Source of the DNA: Glycera tridactyla
Taxonomy: Eukaryota
Reading direction: 5' to 3'
Assembly (NCBI GenBank): GCA_965644265.1
Contig: OZ286468.1
Coordinates: forward strand, 41,106,001 to 41,170,000
DNA: 64,000 nt
The translations under genes were made by a program, and so were the position numbers. Shown here in pieces: positions 34,875-49,015 of the stretch (position 1 is its first letter; each line of letters begins with the position of its first letter). The notes under the pieces are model-generated. The model ran no database searches and was not told where the DNA came from. It saw nothing but the letters and a program-made list of their open reading frames with translations.

Positions 34875-37800
34875 CAATATCTTCATGACGATACAAGGGG
34901 ATCAACGAACCAAGCATATACACGTTGGCATCTACATTAAAATTCAGAGCGAATAGCGAATGGTTGATGCCAAATTACTACAGGAGAAGTGCAATCAGCC
35001 AAATGCCATGACATATACGGAAATAAATGATAGCATCAGTGCCGGCAATCAGGGAACACCTTCTCCATTGGCTTCTGGAATACTTCGGGTGTCCTACATA
35101 GATTGGAGGTGTCAGGCTCGAAGAAGCAGGGGGCAGACCCACTAATTGGCATCACTTCCTCTGATAGGTGATCAGCTGCGTTCCGAAAATTCTCACATCC
35201 CTGCATGGTCTGGTTCTTCTCTGACTCCAAAAAAGTGAGTTGAGGATGAACAGAGTTCGTTTTTTTGTTGACTCCTCAGCTGTGGGTAAAATGGAGGAGA
35301 ATTTTGATGCTGGAGAAATCAAACCACGTTGTCACAATCCTGAATGAGGATCGGACATTCAATAATGTCTACAAAGAACTCATTTGGTAACAATAGCAGG
35401 ATAATAATGACCTTTTTTTTTGACATCATGATGGAATCAATGCTCATATATATTTATCTTCAGAGATTCCTGCTGGAAAATTCTTCTCATCATAGAGATG
35501 AGAATGGTCTATTTCTCGAAAGTTGAGTACTCATTCGAAATTTCATCGAATCCTAGATAGCTAACGAGAAATGTATGATGCAGCAACATTTGGATAACAG
35601 CGGTTTTCAGCAGAATGGTAACTGCTGAGGAATGTTGAGGACTTTGTGGTGTATACTGTGACGTCAATACCACGGCTATGGGTGAGATCATACAAGACAA
35701 ATGGTTTTGGGTGCCCGGTCATGAAAGAGGAATCCATCGTTCACAAGCACACATACCTTCATGGTGTCATTTCTGTAAGAAAACAGTGAGTGTTCGGTAT
35801 AATTGAACCATGTGTCAATCCAGCAATACATGAATCTTCAGGGTCGAAATTTATTTTTGGCTTGAAGAGAAATATATTCTATATATGTCTCTGACGACTT
35901 TTTTTTTCCAGAATTATTGGAATACCTTGATTATTGGAGAATCACGCTGGGACGTAAAGAATGGACAGGATGTTTGCGGTCCTGTAGTTCAAGTAATTCC
36001 CCGACTACCAATCATATGCTATGAGCAAACAGTTTCTCTGTAGCTCTCCAATCAATTTGTTGCACATATTCATCAAGCCTATCACTGCAGAAAATACAAA
36101 AGAGTTGGCATTGTCCAAAAGTTTCCTCCTTTTCATGCACAGGTCCTAACTAGCCTCCTGGGAATGCACCCACCCAAAATATAAATTATGACAGAATATT
36201 TCGACCATTAATAGTTTCACTCATATCTTGGGATTTGATTTCACATAAAATTCTGCTCACATTATCTGGTGTCGTGGGGTGTTTGAAGTTTGGTAATCTA
36301 CTGTGAATGTGAGCTAATTTCATCTTCAGATATGAATTAAAAACGCTATTATGTCTGCTGTCGCTTCTGCCTTGCACGAAATATTCGGGGTTCGAATATT
36401 TGAAATGAAATAGGCTTCTGGACAATGTCTTACGATGGATGTGATCCGATGTGATTCTTGAAGACATCATTCGGGATGTAACAAAGCCTGTCTGTCAGGC
36501 CCCCATAACCGCAAATATCTTTAGAAGAATGGAGTGACATGCTTCTGTGATGGCCTTGCGCTAGGCTCGGAACCAGTGGAAACCAGTAAAAGTTCTCATT
36601 TCGTTGTCATGGCTATAGGGCAGGACTGATGATTATCATCACAATTCAAGCTTCTGGATGGATAGCAATTTGACCTCCAGAATGAGGTGAGGTGTTCAGT
36701 ACCCTTCGGAACTATTAAATGCATATTGTATTTCATCTCACCATACACATAGATAGAACTGCATTTCTCACTTGAGTCAGCTGTTTGTTCTCTATCATAG
36801 CATTAGGCTGTAGGTTTGTATTTGCCCGATAGACATGCACCCGCAATTTTCCTACTCTTCCCTTCTACACTTTACCATTAGCCAGATCAATTACACGTCT
36901 ACGAGCTGGGCTTAAGACATTATCCACCATTCCATTACAGTGAAAAGAAAGTGAAGATAAATGGAATAGACATCCCAATCCGATAAAGTGATATATATGG
37001 TAAGGTCTGTTGAACCCTTTTCCCATACTCTTGTCATTGGTGAAAAATCACAAACACATGCTCATCGACAAGGGAGGTTATTCTCTGAATTCATTACCCT
37101 CGGACCAACCAGATCCTATGTTGAATTCATGATGGTAACATGTATCAATCTAGACTAATCTGAATTTGGAAAATAAAATGCCTATAAATTTTATTGCTGG
37201 AGGAGGTGGCTAGACGATGGTTTATTGTCATACATTAAAAAAGAAAAAAGTGCCTGCTGATGTTTGAATATTTCAATGTGATTCAACAAAGCCGCTCTAC
37301 TATTCGTAAAATGCGAAAGGTCATGGAACGCAAGGTGTAATTTCTGATGACAATCAGAAGTAGACTCAAGAGTCCGTCATGGCATCAGTATCGAAAACTA
37401 ATAGAAATCCAGCCATTCATTTTCAAGCCCGGTCTATGAATCTAGGAACCCTCAGTCAATCCATGATCTTTAGATCTTCAGAACAAAACTGGATGCTTCC
37501 AGCTATTCAGTATTGCTATGTCATTACAGAAATTGATATCATACGACGTCAAACCAGGAGAGTTATCCAATAGAATTCCTGATGAACAATCAAATTGAAA
37601 TGTAATATCACTGCTCTATCACCAAAAGTTGCCCCGATTGCTTTGAAGCAGTTGTTGAATAAAAAGAGGCATTTCACCTCACTATCCCATTCCATGTCAT
37701 TCCAACAGGCTCCCTCGAATGTGGTGATACCATTGCTAGCTCCTTCAGGTGCAAATCCAAAGGAGTTGTAGTCAGAGAAAGTGCAATCCAATCAAGGACC

Positions 37801-38400
37801 ACAGGGTCGCTGGTCATGACTACTCATCACGAAGACCTTTTTGTGGATATTCTTCATCCTAGACCTGACGTGCATACATTCATCCTGATTGCCTTCGTTA
37901 CCCTTCTCAAACTGTCGCTCCGAATGAAAATGTTTTCTCGTCATTCTCCTGTGCCAGCACCCATCCATATCAGTTGTGATTCATCATATGCCTTGGTGGA
38001 ATCCTTGATCACTGCCGCCAATTACTGTTTCTTCACCGCAAAACTTTTGGGAGAGTCTGTGAAGCATCACATGTCGAAGATGCTATCGTGAATTTCGACC
38101 GTGAGTGATCACCTTCAAATGATCTTGAGCCTTTGAATAAGTACCTGATGCATGCTCCATGGACATGGATATTACTAGATTAAGACAATTGCTTCAATAT
38201 ATTCCTTGGTGAATATCTGAGGAAAATCATAAATATTCTGGACATGAGTTTGATATCGCTGATAATCTCGGTAGTGTCAATTGTGATTTGCTTTTTTGAT
38301 CTGGCTATTTTATACATTTCCTTTGCAGAAAATATCTCTCATAAGTTGAATTATACTCCAGGTCCCTCACACCTATCAGCTCAAATAATTATCTGGTCTC
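34875..38400 (-). pseudogene. Decayed LRR-encoding sequence (unit B)
   Basis: HSRLPNFKHPTTPDNVSRI, ENIFIRSDSLRRV and SLTTTPLDLHLKELAM. Donor ATTG|GTAAG at about 34875. Confidence 0.55.
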
Positions 38401-40859
38401 CAGACCCATTTCAGAAGCCATGTCCAAAGGTCTAAGATTCCCATCCCGCACAATCCTGTGCATTACTTGGGTGCTCTTAATATAACTAGAGGAACATTTG
38501 CTTAATAGAGGCTAACTCCCCTAATACATACCCGTGCCAAAGAAAATCAGGGCTGGTGTGATGATTTCGACCTTCAACAGTAATTGCATTTGGTATTTAA
38601 GATCATACAGGTTCCTCCCTTCGACAACAAAAAAATCCATCATAGCTTGCAAGATTCGGCAATCTTGACCTTGTATATATAGAACCACTAGGATTCAACT
38701 TGGATATCTAGCTGACGAGCGCCACCATGTAGATGCCGATGGGATGACTCTCATGTTCTGATGGATTTACACACGTATACATATATACACATGTATGATG
38801 GTCTGTATGTGACACCGCTTCTGTTTGTGGTTCATCTTCACACATATCTGTCCCCAACTCTCTACCCTTCATACCTGGATTATACTTTACATCTCCCTGA
38901 TTGGTNNNNNNNNNNNNNNNNNNNNNNNNNNNNNNNNNNNNNNNNNNNNNNNNNNNNNNNNNNNNNNNNNNNNNNNNNNNNNNNNNNNNNNNNNNNNNNN
39001 NNNNNNNNNNNNNNNNNNNNNNNNNNNNNNNNNNNNAGCACAATGTGACCTATCCATTTAATCAATCCGAGCTTCATCTCATTGACACATCCATTTGCAT
39101 CCCGTGTCAACTGTGCCAAATGTATTTCTGGAAACAGAAAAAGTTCACATCGACAGCGAAGCATAGCTCAGGACGATAGATTCACCCACAGGGGATAGCC
39201 TACACCCAGGCTGGGATAAACATTGTATCTTGATAGATGACATCGTCAAATGGTTTTTGTCTAGATAGGAGCCGAAAACCATGCTTTTGCTCAGAGAAAT
39301 ATCAGCATGGTTGCTTATCTTCTATTGATGTGCATCGTTCCCGGGCTCATAGGTCAAGGATTTTGGCTGATGAGATCATGTTGATGGTAGTTTATCGCCT
39401 ATTCTCCGTGACCATGTATTGGATTCTCATCCATCATTGACAGTCTTCCATGCGCGAAGTCAATGATTCACCCACTGATCCTGTCACATGAACAATGATT
39501 CACATGGTTGATAGATTCATCATAGACCACTATGGATGCACTTCAATTTCCATATACTTGCGTCCATCATCATTGCTGTTGGTTTGTGGATGCTATACTT
39601 GGTGCTTGATGATATCAGTAGGTGGATGCGTAGTCAGGTAGAAGAGGATGGATTGTAGGTCGATAACTGGATCGGAAAGTGAGTGATTCTGTGAGTAAGT
39701 GGGTGAGAGGCTGAGTGAGTCAATGAGTTAGTCAATGTCTCATTGGATCCGTCAGTCAGTCATCCATTCATTGATTTATCCATCCATTAATTTATCCAGT
39801 CATGTATTCGTTCAGTGAGTCGGACAGTCAGTGAACAAGTCAGTGAGTCAGTGAGTGAGTCAGTGAGTGAATCAGTGAGTGAATCAGTGAGTGAGTCAGT
39901 GAGTGAGTCAGTGAGTGAGTCAGTGAGTGAATCAGTCAGTGAGTCNNNNNNNNNNNNNNNNNNNNNNNNNNNNNNNNNNNNNNNNNNNNNNNNNNNNNNN
40001 NNNNNNNNNNNNNNNNNNNNNNNNNNNNNNNNNNNNNNNNNNNNNNNNNNNNNNNNNNNNNNNNNNNNNNNNNNNNNNNNNNNNNNNNNNNNNNNNNNNN
40101 NNNNNNNNNNNNNNNNNNNNNNNNNNNNNNNNNNNNNNNNNNNNNNNNNNNNNNNNNNNNNNTCTCATTACATAATGTGGTTAACAGGGGAGATTGCCAT
40201 TATCACTTGAGCGGGATGGTAAGCTAGTTGGCCAGTCTGCCTATGATTTATTCAGCTGGATGGTTAGGTAATGACCATCACCACTCAAAATCCCTAGCAA
40301 CCATATACCTTCAATAGTAGCTAGTACAATGATCCTTGCTGACGACTTCCAATTAATTTATCAATGATGGTCAATGCCTCGACATGGCGATATGGCAGAC
40401 TGCCACGGTAGCTCTGCTAAATAAGGGAGATGTGAATGGATCTCTCTGCCAAAAAACGCCTGCTCTCCACCCTTGAAATGAATGCCGGCATGGACGAATA
40501 GATCTACATGAACTGTATGCTTCACTTGCGTCAACAGGAAACTTGTGCCAGTGAAAATATTTGAAACTTTCCTAGGGCTCGATGTTTAGATAATGTTCGG
40601 CACTTCATTTTAAATGAAATAGAGAATATACAACACTAATATGGGTGTCGGTCTGTTGGGCCTGGCCATCATACCCTTGTTTCATCGTGGTATCACCACT
40701 AGGCTTGATAAAATAAATGTCAATTAAATGATGGTGAGAGTGAAATGTATAGCACATGGAATAGTATACGGATGATAAAGTGGTTATAACATGATTGACA
40801 AAATCCAGATGAGATTATGAGCAAGGTCATGTGAATGCGTCCGACTATTACACACACAA

Positions 40860-41055
40860 ATCATCCTTGTCGTCGTTGTTGTCGTCTTCGTCATCGTTGT
40901 TGCCGTCTTTGTCGATGTTGGGTCATTGTCATTGTCCGGCTTGTCGTCATTCTGATCCTTGTCGTTGTCCTGGCTGTCTTCGTTGCTGGCTTCACCATTG
41001 TCATCACAACTTCCTCCACCACCACTGTCTTCACCACCAGTACCACCATCACTCG
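40860..41055. repeat. Degenerate trinucleotide (GTC/CAT/CAC) low-complexity tract; paralog at 54905-55070
   Basis: Directly visible; it generates several spurious short ORFs. Confidence 0.85.
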
Positions 41056-41099
41056 ATCATTGTGAAGATCATCGCCATTGAGCCCAGAACCTGAAATAT

Positions 41100-43770
41100 T
41101 CTGAAAGTTTGCTATTGATTCAATAAGTGACATTAAGACTACTTCCGCGAAAGAAAAACATATTGGCCACTCACATTTGAATTTCTAAAATTACTCGTCG
41201 TTCTATAAGATGCTTGCGAACCCAATTACTATTCAACATCAGAATCTGTCATGGCTTTCCACCACATGCTCACAACCATGCAGTTTTCGTTAAACTCATC
41301 ATTCTGGTGAGACACAGACATATGTCATCTCCTTGAAGAATATTGTTTGTCCTTATGAATAAAGTATGTGGTGACATTTAAGCAACAGGTAGCAGTCAAT
41401 GTTTGTCGCTTCTCTTCATGAATACATTTTCCATGTCAACGACCGAGTGATGTCTCAATGGTGAAAAGCATGTATGATTTTTTTCTCAAAGTACAAGGAA
41501 TTCTATCCATATGATCTGCCCAATTTGCTATTGCTTGTGTGAAACGAGTTGATCATATTGGATGAAGGGACGTGAAACTTAATTCAATCAATGAACAACC
41601 AATCAAAAAATATTTCCGAGATTATATATACTCGGTGAGGAATCGAAGCAGCTAATTCGAGACAAAGATTGTGTAGAATTCTTTCAATGGAATGGGCGAA
41701 TGTCACTCAATTTGGAGATGTTTGTTTGTTTGTTTGTTTGTTTAAGTTTACCGTCACTTAAACCCGCTTGGGTTATATCGGACTGAAAAACTAAAAATGC
41801 TGAAGAAAAGAGTCACTGCCTGCCGAGGGCCGTCCCTACTCTTTGCGAAAGACAGCAGTGGATCTTTAACATGCGTAAAAGAAGAGGTGGACTCAGAACA
41901 GCAGTTACAGTATCGTCTTGAGCTGTTCTCGGTGATAATGCTGTTATTGATTTCATTTTATTTTTCTGTAAGGGAGAGTATCCATCTCAATGTCGACTAT
42001 GCCGTCTCTGGGATGAAGATGTCATGTATCCTCTTATCTTGGTTGTGATAACATATAGATAAGACACCATTAGATGATGGATGTGTCACTCGACTAGGAG
42101 AAAAATTCACAAACGAGTGTAGGTCAACATTTGATTCAAACTTCTCACACATCAGACCCATCGATGTTGAGCTTCATAAGCCTTTTCACCATTAACTTCA
42201 CTTTATCGAGGTGTGAAGAGGTACTCGAATCTGGGCAGTGTCGGTCATTGTAGAATGCTTGATCAATACCATTTATATCTCGGAGCTATCCCTTCTCCAT
42301 GGGGTGAAATCAAACCCAAACCCAATAAAAGCTAGCATCATTTGAGCAATGGATTTTCCAATGAACTGATGCCTTGTATTGGCACACATGGGTGGAGGTG
42401 ACTGGATAGATTTTTCTTAAATTACCACACAATATAGCCAAGGCTGGGTTAGTAATCGGTTCATGCACTTACAGTGATTGTGGGTTTAGTCCATCCGGTG
42501 CATTCACTGATTTTGATGCCCATTTCTATATCCTCCAAGGTTTTGGGTGAAATGATCAAATTTGATCAAGCCTATAATGAAATGTGAGTGCAAAGTAGGA
42601 TTCTCATCTCAGAAGAATGTATAGCAGTACATTCATATTAATATCAAATATAGACACATTTCCTCATTCTTCTCGTTATGGTCACTCGATTCTGGTATGC
42701 TCAGTTATTTTATCGGCAACCTCCTCGAACCACGCACCTCATCCAATCAATCAGTGAAGGACACATCAAGGTCACATGTGGACCTCTTATAATGCTGATA
42801 GTCAGAGGGGTATTATATGCAGAATTCTCATTCACCTAAATGTAGATGATAAGAAACAAATCATGTGTATATATTCAGGATCCCTACTTGTATTTCATAG
42901 AGTTAGTCCATTGGAACTCTAAGTATGGAGGTATATCATAACGCGATCTTCAGAATGGATGTAAATACCCTATTTCGATCTCATCCTCCCAATCCAAACT
43001 CAGAGATGATTGCGGTTCCTGCTGCGCAACCATCACTCCAGGATTTTCTATGCAAATCACGCACCCCAGGCAAACTCCTTGTGAGTAGGCTATTATTTTG
43101 AGGATAGGTGCAATGGATTGATGTACACTCCCCAGCAGATGAGCCCTGGGCAGTACTCCTTTCTTCAGCATCGTCAGTCATATATAGACCAGTGAGCCTG
43201 GAAAAGCCGTCAAACCCAGAAAAGAAGAATCGTTGCTATGAGTCACCATGCTGATCAGGCTGACAGCCTTTCGATGGCATTCACGGGGGATGCTTCACCA
43301 TCACCACCTTATTATGATGATAATTGAACAAGCAAGACACTATATTTTGCCATGAAAGAATTTTGAGAGTAAATATCATACTGGATGACTTTTCTTTGTG
43401 GATTCGATTTAGTGACTGCTTGACAGGAAGAACCATCAATTGTTCAAGTGATTGAAAGTAGCATCATAAATGCCTTTTGCTCCATGAATCAATTGCATCT
43501 CCTGGCAAATATATTTTCATCAGAAAGGTACCATTGAAGATGCTGATAGGTCAATGAACCAGCAACAATGTACAATGAGGGGAAGAGACATAACAGATAC
43601 TTGCTCAAAAAAAGATGAGAAAAGCTGCCGAGAACTTGCATTCGAGTAAGATTGAATGGAGGAATTACGATTTCGGGTGACATAATTGAGAAGAGCTGTT
43701 GACATCTTCCCATTATTAATATATCGAGTGAAAACTTCTCATGTATCCCCGATTTTTCTCGCATGAAATT
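41100..43770 (-). pseudogene. Decayed LRR-encoding sequence
   Basis: QILMLNSNWV, FNLTRMQVLGSFSHLFLSKYLL and SLTYQHLQWYLSDENI. Confidence 0.6.
41719..41790 (-). mobile_element. Short retroposon 3' tail with (CAAA)n
   Basis: (TTTG)n followed by ...cttgggttatatcgg, similar to 4123-4205. Not present in the paralog at about 55700. Confidence 0.45.
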
Positions 43771-44285
43771 CGTGTACTCATTGTACTACATAATGAATTG
43801 TATTCACATTTGCCAAATGGATATTCTACATTACATTATCCCGAATCGAATATATTCTTCATCTGCTATGTATAATTTATATATATATATACATCGCATT
43901 TGGTGGAGTAGTACAGGCCAGTTTCATCAGGGGTCCAAACTCCCAATCCCTGTACCATACGTTATGTTTCCCTAAACCATCAGGCATATTCAAAAGGAAC
44001 AATGCACATCGCGAAGCTGTCATCATTTTGGCAATTATCTCTTACATAAGGTCAGCATTTTACATTTGTGTGATTACAAAGTGAGTTACCGATTCGGATC
44101 AGCAAGGCTCATACCATATCGTAAATGGCATGAGCTTCTGTTGCATCACTCTGGTGAGGGATAACATGATATCATCAGCAATGATATGTATTCAGCATGC
44201 AAGAAAAATTCCAGTATGTATCAGACCATGTGCAGGAGTGGGATGCGGATATTCGCTATTGGTTGAAACGACAATCAGAGGCACT

Positions 44286-47200
44286 TAAGTTTGAAGTTTG
44301 AAATCTTTATTTAGCTCCCCTGGGGAGGTCCGAAAACTACTATTCCCCCAATGGAGCGCAAAAATACATTACAAAGTTTCGCCATGTCAAGTACAGAACG
44401 TATACCATACATAAATATATGTAAAAAGCAGTTGTGATATGATCAAGCTGACCGGGTCACCGTGGTACAGAATAGAGTTTCATACTTTTACAGGACATAA
44501 TCGTTTGAACATACGATGCTTGAGGGTAGCAAGTGATTCAGATTGCCGAATCTCAGGTGGCAGAGAGTTCCATATCTGTGCCCCTCTACAGAAGAAATCA
44601 CGCTCGCTTACTTTTAATCTAGTTCTCGGTATTCTCAGCGTTCCCTCGGTGACACCTCTGGTGTCGTACCTCATGTCAGCGTGAAACAATTCATCATACA
44701 TCTGATATAAGCTCGAAGGGCAGTTCCCCGTTTTCACCTTGAAAAACTCACACAGTAGGTGAAAGGATCGTGCAGCTTCTAGATCGAAAAACCCTGCCTC
44801 TGTCAGGAGTTCCACCGTAGGTGTTCTCGGTGGTTTTGCGAGACAAATACGTAGGCCCGTGTTGAAAAGAACATCCATTTGTTTTGCTAATCCCCTACTA
44901 ATACCCTCCAGGACTGTGTCCCCATAGTTAAAAATCGGGAGTATTAAGCTCTTGAACAAAAATAATGCAAGGTCTCTGCTAATTAGGGGTCTGACTCTCC
45001 TAAGTATCCCAAGTCTTGATCTTATTTTGTTGCATACATATTCAACATGATATCTGTAGGATAAAGTAGAATCCACATAAACTCCCAAGTAACAGAATTC
45101 ACTTACTACATTGAAGCCTGCCAGATTGGGGTTATTGGAGACCGAGGTCAATTTGTTATTCGTTCCGAAGATCATAGATTTGGATTTTCCCCTATTTAGT
45201 GTGAGCCAGTTTTTTCCTAACCAAGATTCGATAGCTAGCATGTCTGATTCCAGATTCTCGCGGAGGATGTTTTCACACTTGGCTCGTGTTAGTAGAGCTG
45301 TATCATCGGCATACATAAACACCAGTCCCCGGTCAACTGCCGAGGGCAGGTCATTTATGTATGCCACAAAAAGAAGGGGCCCCAGGATTGAGCCCTGGGG
45401 TACACCGCATGTGATCTGGCCATATTCAGAAAGGCATTGGTTGCATTTTGTGGATTGAGTTCGGCCAGAGAGGTACGAATTAAACCAAGAGATTGCTGAG
45501 TAGCGAAAACCCAGCGATTTCAATTTCCCCAAGAGTAGCTCATGATTCACAGTGTCAAAGGCCTTTGTCAGGTCCAGGACGACCACTCTACACAGTTCTC
45601 CATTATCCATAGCTTTATGGATTTGATTTGTAAAATCTATGAGACATGTTGTTGTGGAGTGGTTCCTCCTGAAACCTGACTGACCTTAGGATAAAATACC
45701 TCGTGACACCAAATAATCACTGCATTGTACATGCACAACTCTTTCCAGGAGTTTGCCAAATGTGGGCAGGACGGATATCGGCCGGAAATTATGCGGATTG
45801 CTCTTTTTACCCCCTTTGTGCAGTGGGGTGACGACTGCCTTTTTTCCACACAGTTGGAAATGTGGGTGTACGTATGCTTAAGTTAATAATTCCAGTCAAA
45901 TGTGTTCCTAGAGGCATTCCACCGTGCTTAACAATTCTACTCGTTATATCATCCTCTGCTGATGCACCAGAGCTACTCAACTTAGCAACTGCCTTGTCAT
46001 AATCTACTTTCCCTATCTCTATCAGCCCTAGGATGGGTGGGTGACAGGGAGAATCATATTCAGGGATATATGCGGCATCAAACTTTTCGGCTAGCTGTGC
46101 ACCTATACTCAGAAAGTAGTCATTAAAGGTTTTAGCAACATTGATATTGTCATGGCATTCATCTAACATTATATCAGCATCATCATATGATTTCTTGGAA
46201 TTTGGCCAAAATTCACGAATCGACTCCCAAAGTTTTTTGGGATTTTTTGCGTATTGCTTTACTTTTTTGGTGATATATTCTCTATGTAGCTTGTTCCGCA
46301 GGAAATTGCACCTACTGGTAGCCTGCTTTCTCTTGAAATTATCAGACTCTAGGCCAGATTGTCGATGTGGGTTTGCCTAGTATTCTCGGGCATCTATGGC
46401 AGCAAGGAACGTGTCATTTGCCCGAGGGGCATTCTGGATACGACGAGAGGAGCATTTCATGGGTAAATGTATGTCTAGTATTTTCGTCAGTTCCGAGTGA
46501 AAAGTAGATGTCGCAATATCAACATCTGTGTAATCATCTATATTGAAGGGCATGTTTTGTATATCGGTTCTGAAAACTTCTTCATTAAATCATCTGTAGG
46601 ACCGGAAACTTATCTTCTCTTTAGTGGTATCAATTTTCTGATGCTGCCTGAAGGTAAAGACCATACAGTGATCGCTGAGGCCCGGGTCTAGGCAGCCACT
46701 ATAGGAGAACTGGTTTGTATTGTTACATAAAATGTGATCAATACAGCTAGCGCAGGAGGATACTACTCGTGTTGGTGTCTTGATTAGATGATGAAGCTGT
46801 TGCTTATCGGTCAAAGTTTTGTATTTCCTGGTGGCAGAGTTTTTCATAAGAGTGTTAATATTCAGATCACCCATTACTAGGACGTCTGCTCTTTGTGCAC
46901 TCACCACTTTGTCATAACTGTTAGATATAGTATCAAGGGCCTGCTCAAGGTTCCCGTCAGGTGGCCTATAAACACAACAAATAAATGCCCCCCGTGTTTT
47001 TGGTAGCTGTAGTTTGGCCCAGAACAATTCAATGTCACTGCTGCAAACGTGGCTATCTTCTACAAGTGTGTAACTATGTTTGTGATTGGCATATGCCATA
47101 ATCCCACCGCCCCCAGACTTGCCTGATGTTGCCGTCCTGTCAGACCTCATAAGCGAATACCCATTTATTTGCAGCTCAGAGTCTGTAATTGAAGGATTGA

Positions 47201-47700
47201 GAAAGGTCTCGGTTGATACCAGAAAATCAAGGCTGCTTCGGGTCAGGAGTATTTCAATCTCATCCAGTTTACTTATTATGCTACGGATATTTGAATGGCC
47301 TATACCAAATTTGGGTTGTCTCTTTAGGGCCAACGAGCTATGTTCAAGGTTACTTACAGGGTATGGAAGAGGGAAGGGGGTGTTTGATAACAACATCTCA
47401 GTGTTGATATCCATTCTTCCCTAATAACACGAAATAATATAATAGCAGTTGCATACAGATGCATTTGAGCATCTGTGTATGGGTGATTGATAAATCTATA
47501 TCTGGATCTATCACAAAGATGATGGATTAATTCACGTGGAACGTGATAATGTGTGATATATAACATATAATGTCTGGTGCTCTATGGGAATATATGCTCG
47601 TGTCTATGGTGGGATCCGGGACCAGGAAGTAGATTTGAGCCACTAATGGTGCCAAAAATGTATTTCTTCTTCTTTCCTGGAGGCCTGTGTGCAAAGTCAT
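44286..47700 (-). mobile_element. Decayed CR1-group LINE, 5'-truncated or ORF1-less, same broad family as the 12.3-20.1 kb element
   Basis: APE ORF 46590-47414 and RT ORF 44480-45610. AATAAA (plus-strand tttatt 44306-44311) and a (TTCAAAC)n tail. Shares motifs KKLWxxIREFW and FLxAIxARE with element 1. The 5' boundary is uncertain. Confidence 0.9.
44480..47414 (-). pseudogene. Disrupted LINE ORF2 (APE-RT)
   Basis: Motifs GHSNIRS, STETFL, VYRPP, MGDLN, LSDH, LDLTKAFDTV, GVPQGSILGP and YADD. In-frame stops at about 46590 (TGA), 46378 (TAG) and 45686 (TAA); a frameshift in the A-run near 45840. Confidence 0.9.
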
Positions 47701-49015
47701 GAGTACTCAAAAGGATTTAGTTGTCGACTTACTTCTATTCTATTAAGAAGAAGCCTCAAAGTAACTGTCTGCTAATGTGGCTGCTGATCAGTAATTTCCG
47801 ACAGGTGGCGTGCTGTCTCAGATTCGTTATTGTGATGGCAGGTTAACGTTAGATGGTGCTGTATTTCGTGCAATATTGCAAGCTAGGAGGGTTAGAAAAG
47901 CTAGATGGCGGTTCTGTTAGATCGGAGAAGCAGGGAAACGACGACTCCAGGAATTTTGTACGCATCAGAACATCGTGCTCGTTAGTAGGCAAGGGACAGT
48001 GGTTGAGTCATACGAGGTAATAATGTTATACTAAAAGGTTTGTGTTTTGTGGTGCTCATACGCATGCGTCCAGGGCGTACATTCTGCATTCATTCGTCAT
48101 CATATGCTCAGCATTTCTGTCATACACATTTCATTATCAGGTGAGATTTTCATCTCATCAATTATTAAACTCATGCATTACAGACGCCCATATCGCATGC
48201 ACCTTGATCTATGGAGTGTCCATCTGTAAACGTTTTGCAAATCAACATTGATCCCCTGTGAAAGATGTAGAAATTGTCCACCACCATGTAAACATTTTCA
48301 TAACGAAGAGAACGAACAGAAAGCAGAAAAGTCACAAGCACTGGTGTAAACAGAGTCCTTGGCTCTGAAAATGTATAGATCAGTTGATGACCAGTTTGAA
48401 TCTTATATAATGCACAACATCAGATTTACTTGTGTCTATTTCCCTAGAGTGTATAAATGGCCAATCCTAAGGGAGACGTTATGTGGGTAATATATGCTAT
48501 AGTATGATTTGTTCGAAGAATAGATAATATAGATATTGTTCGTTAAGAAGTTTGATTGTCCAATATGGGGGAGAAAAGCTAATCATTTTGGTTATCGTTG
48601 GCATTAGAAAGATATCGGTGGAGGCAACCGGCGTTTGTTGGCTCCGATAGTCATTTTCTAGTAGTTACGTAGACAGGATGATCCGTCGCATAACGAGATG
48701 GGCTCACAGGAAGTTGATCCTTCACTTGTTTGAAAGCATGTGGAGGTGCATGTCCGTTTTTTTGGTACCTGCCCCAAGTGGGACCTGTTTCTGGAAAGAC
48801 TTATCATGCATCCATCCTACTGACCTGTCCCATATGGGACCTGCCTAGTATCGAGGAGCTCAGTTTCCATGTGACACTGTTCTTTTAATGAACTTGTAGC
48901 TTACCACTGGATGAGAAACCTAGGGGAACAATCCAAGATAAAAAATCCAAACATGAATAGGAGGTATGGAAACATGCAGATCCTTTAATGGGACACTAAA
49001 GTAGTGAAGACTCAC

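Larger units (their letters stand above)
30038..40557 (+). repeat. Segmental duplication unit B (tandem, same orientation as A)
   Basis: Collinear with unit A, including shared microsatellite positions and the shared old LINE fragment. Confidence 0.92.

Noticed and set aside
47600-47660. 2A-like peptide upstream of element 2 ORF2 (TISGSNLLPGP)
   Set aside because: Lacks the D(V/I)ExN core and is separated from the ORF by a stop and a frameshift; too degenerate to call.
44270-48080. Target-site duplication for the second LINE
   Set aside because: No convincing direct repeat at the candidate ends, and no empty-site paralog in the window.
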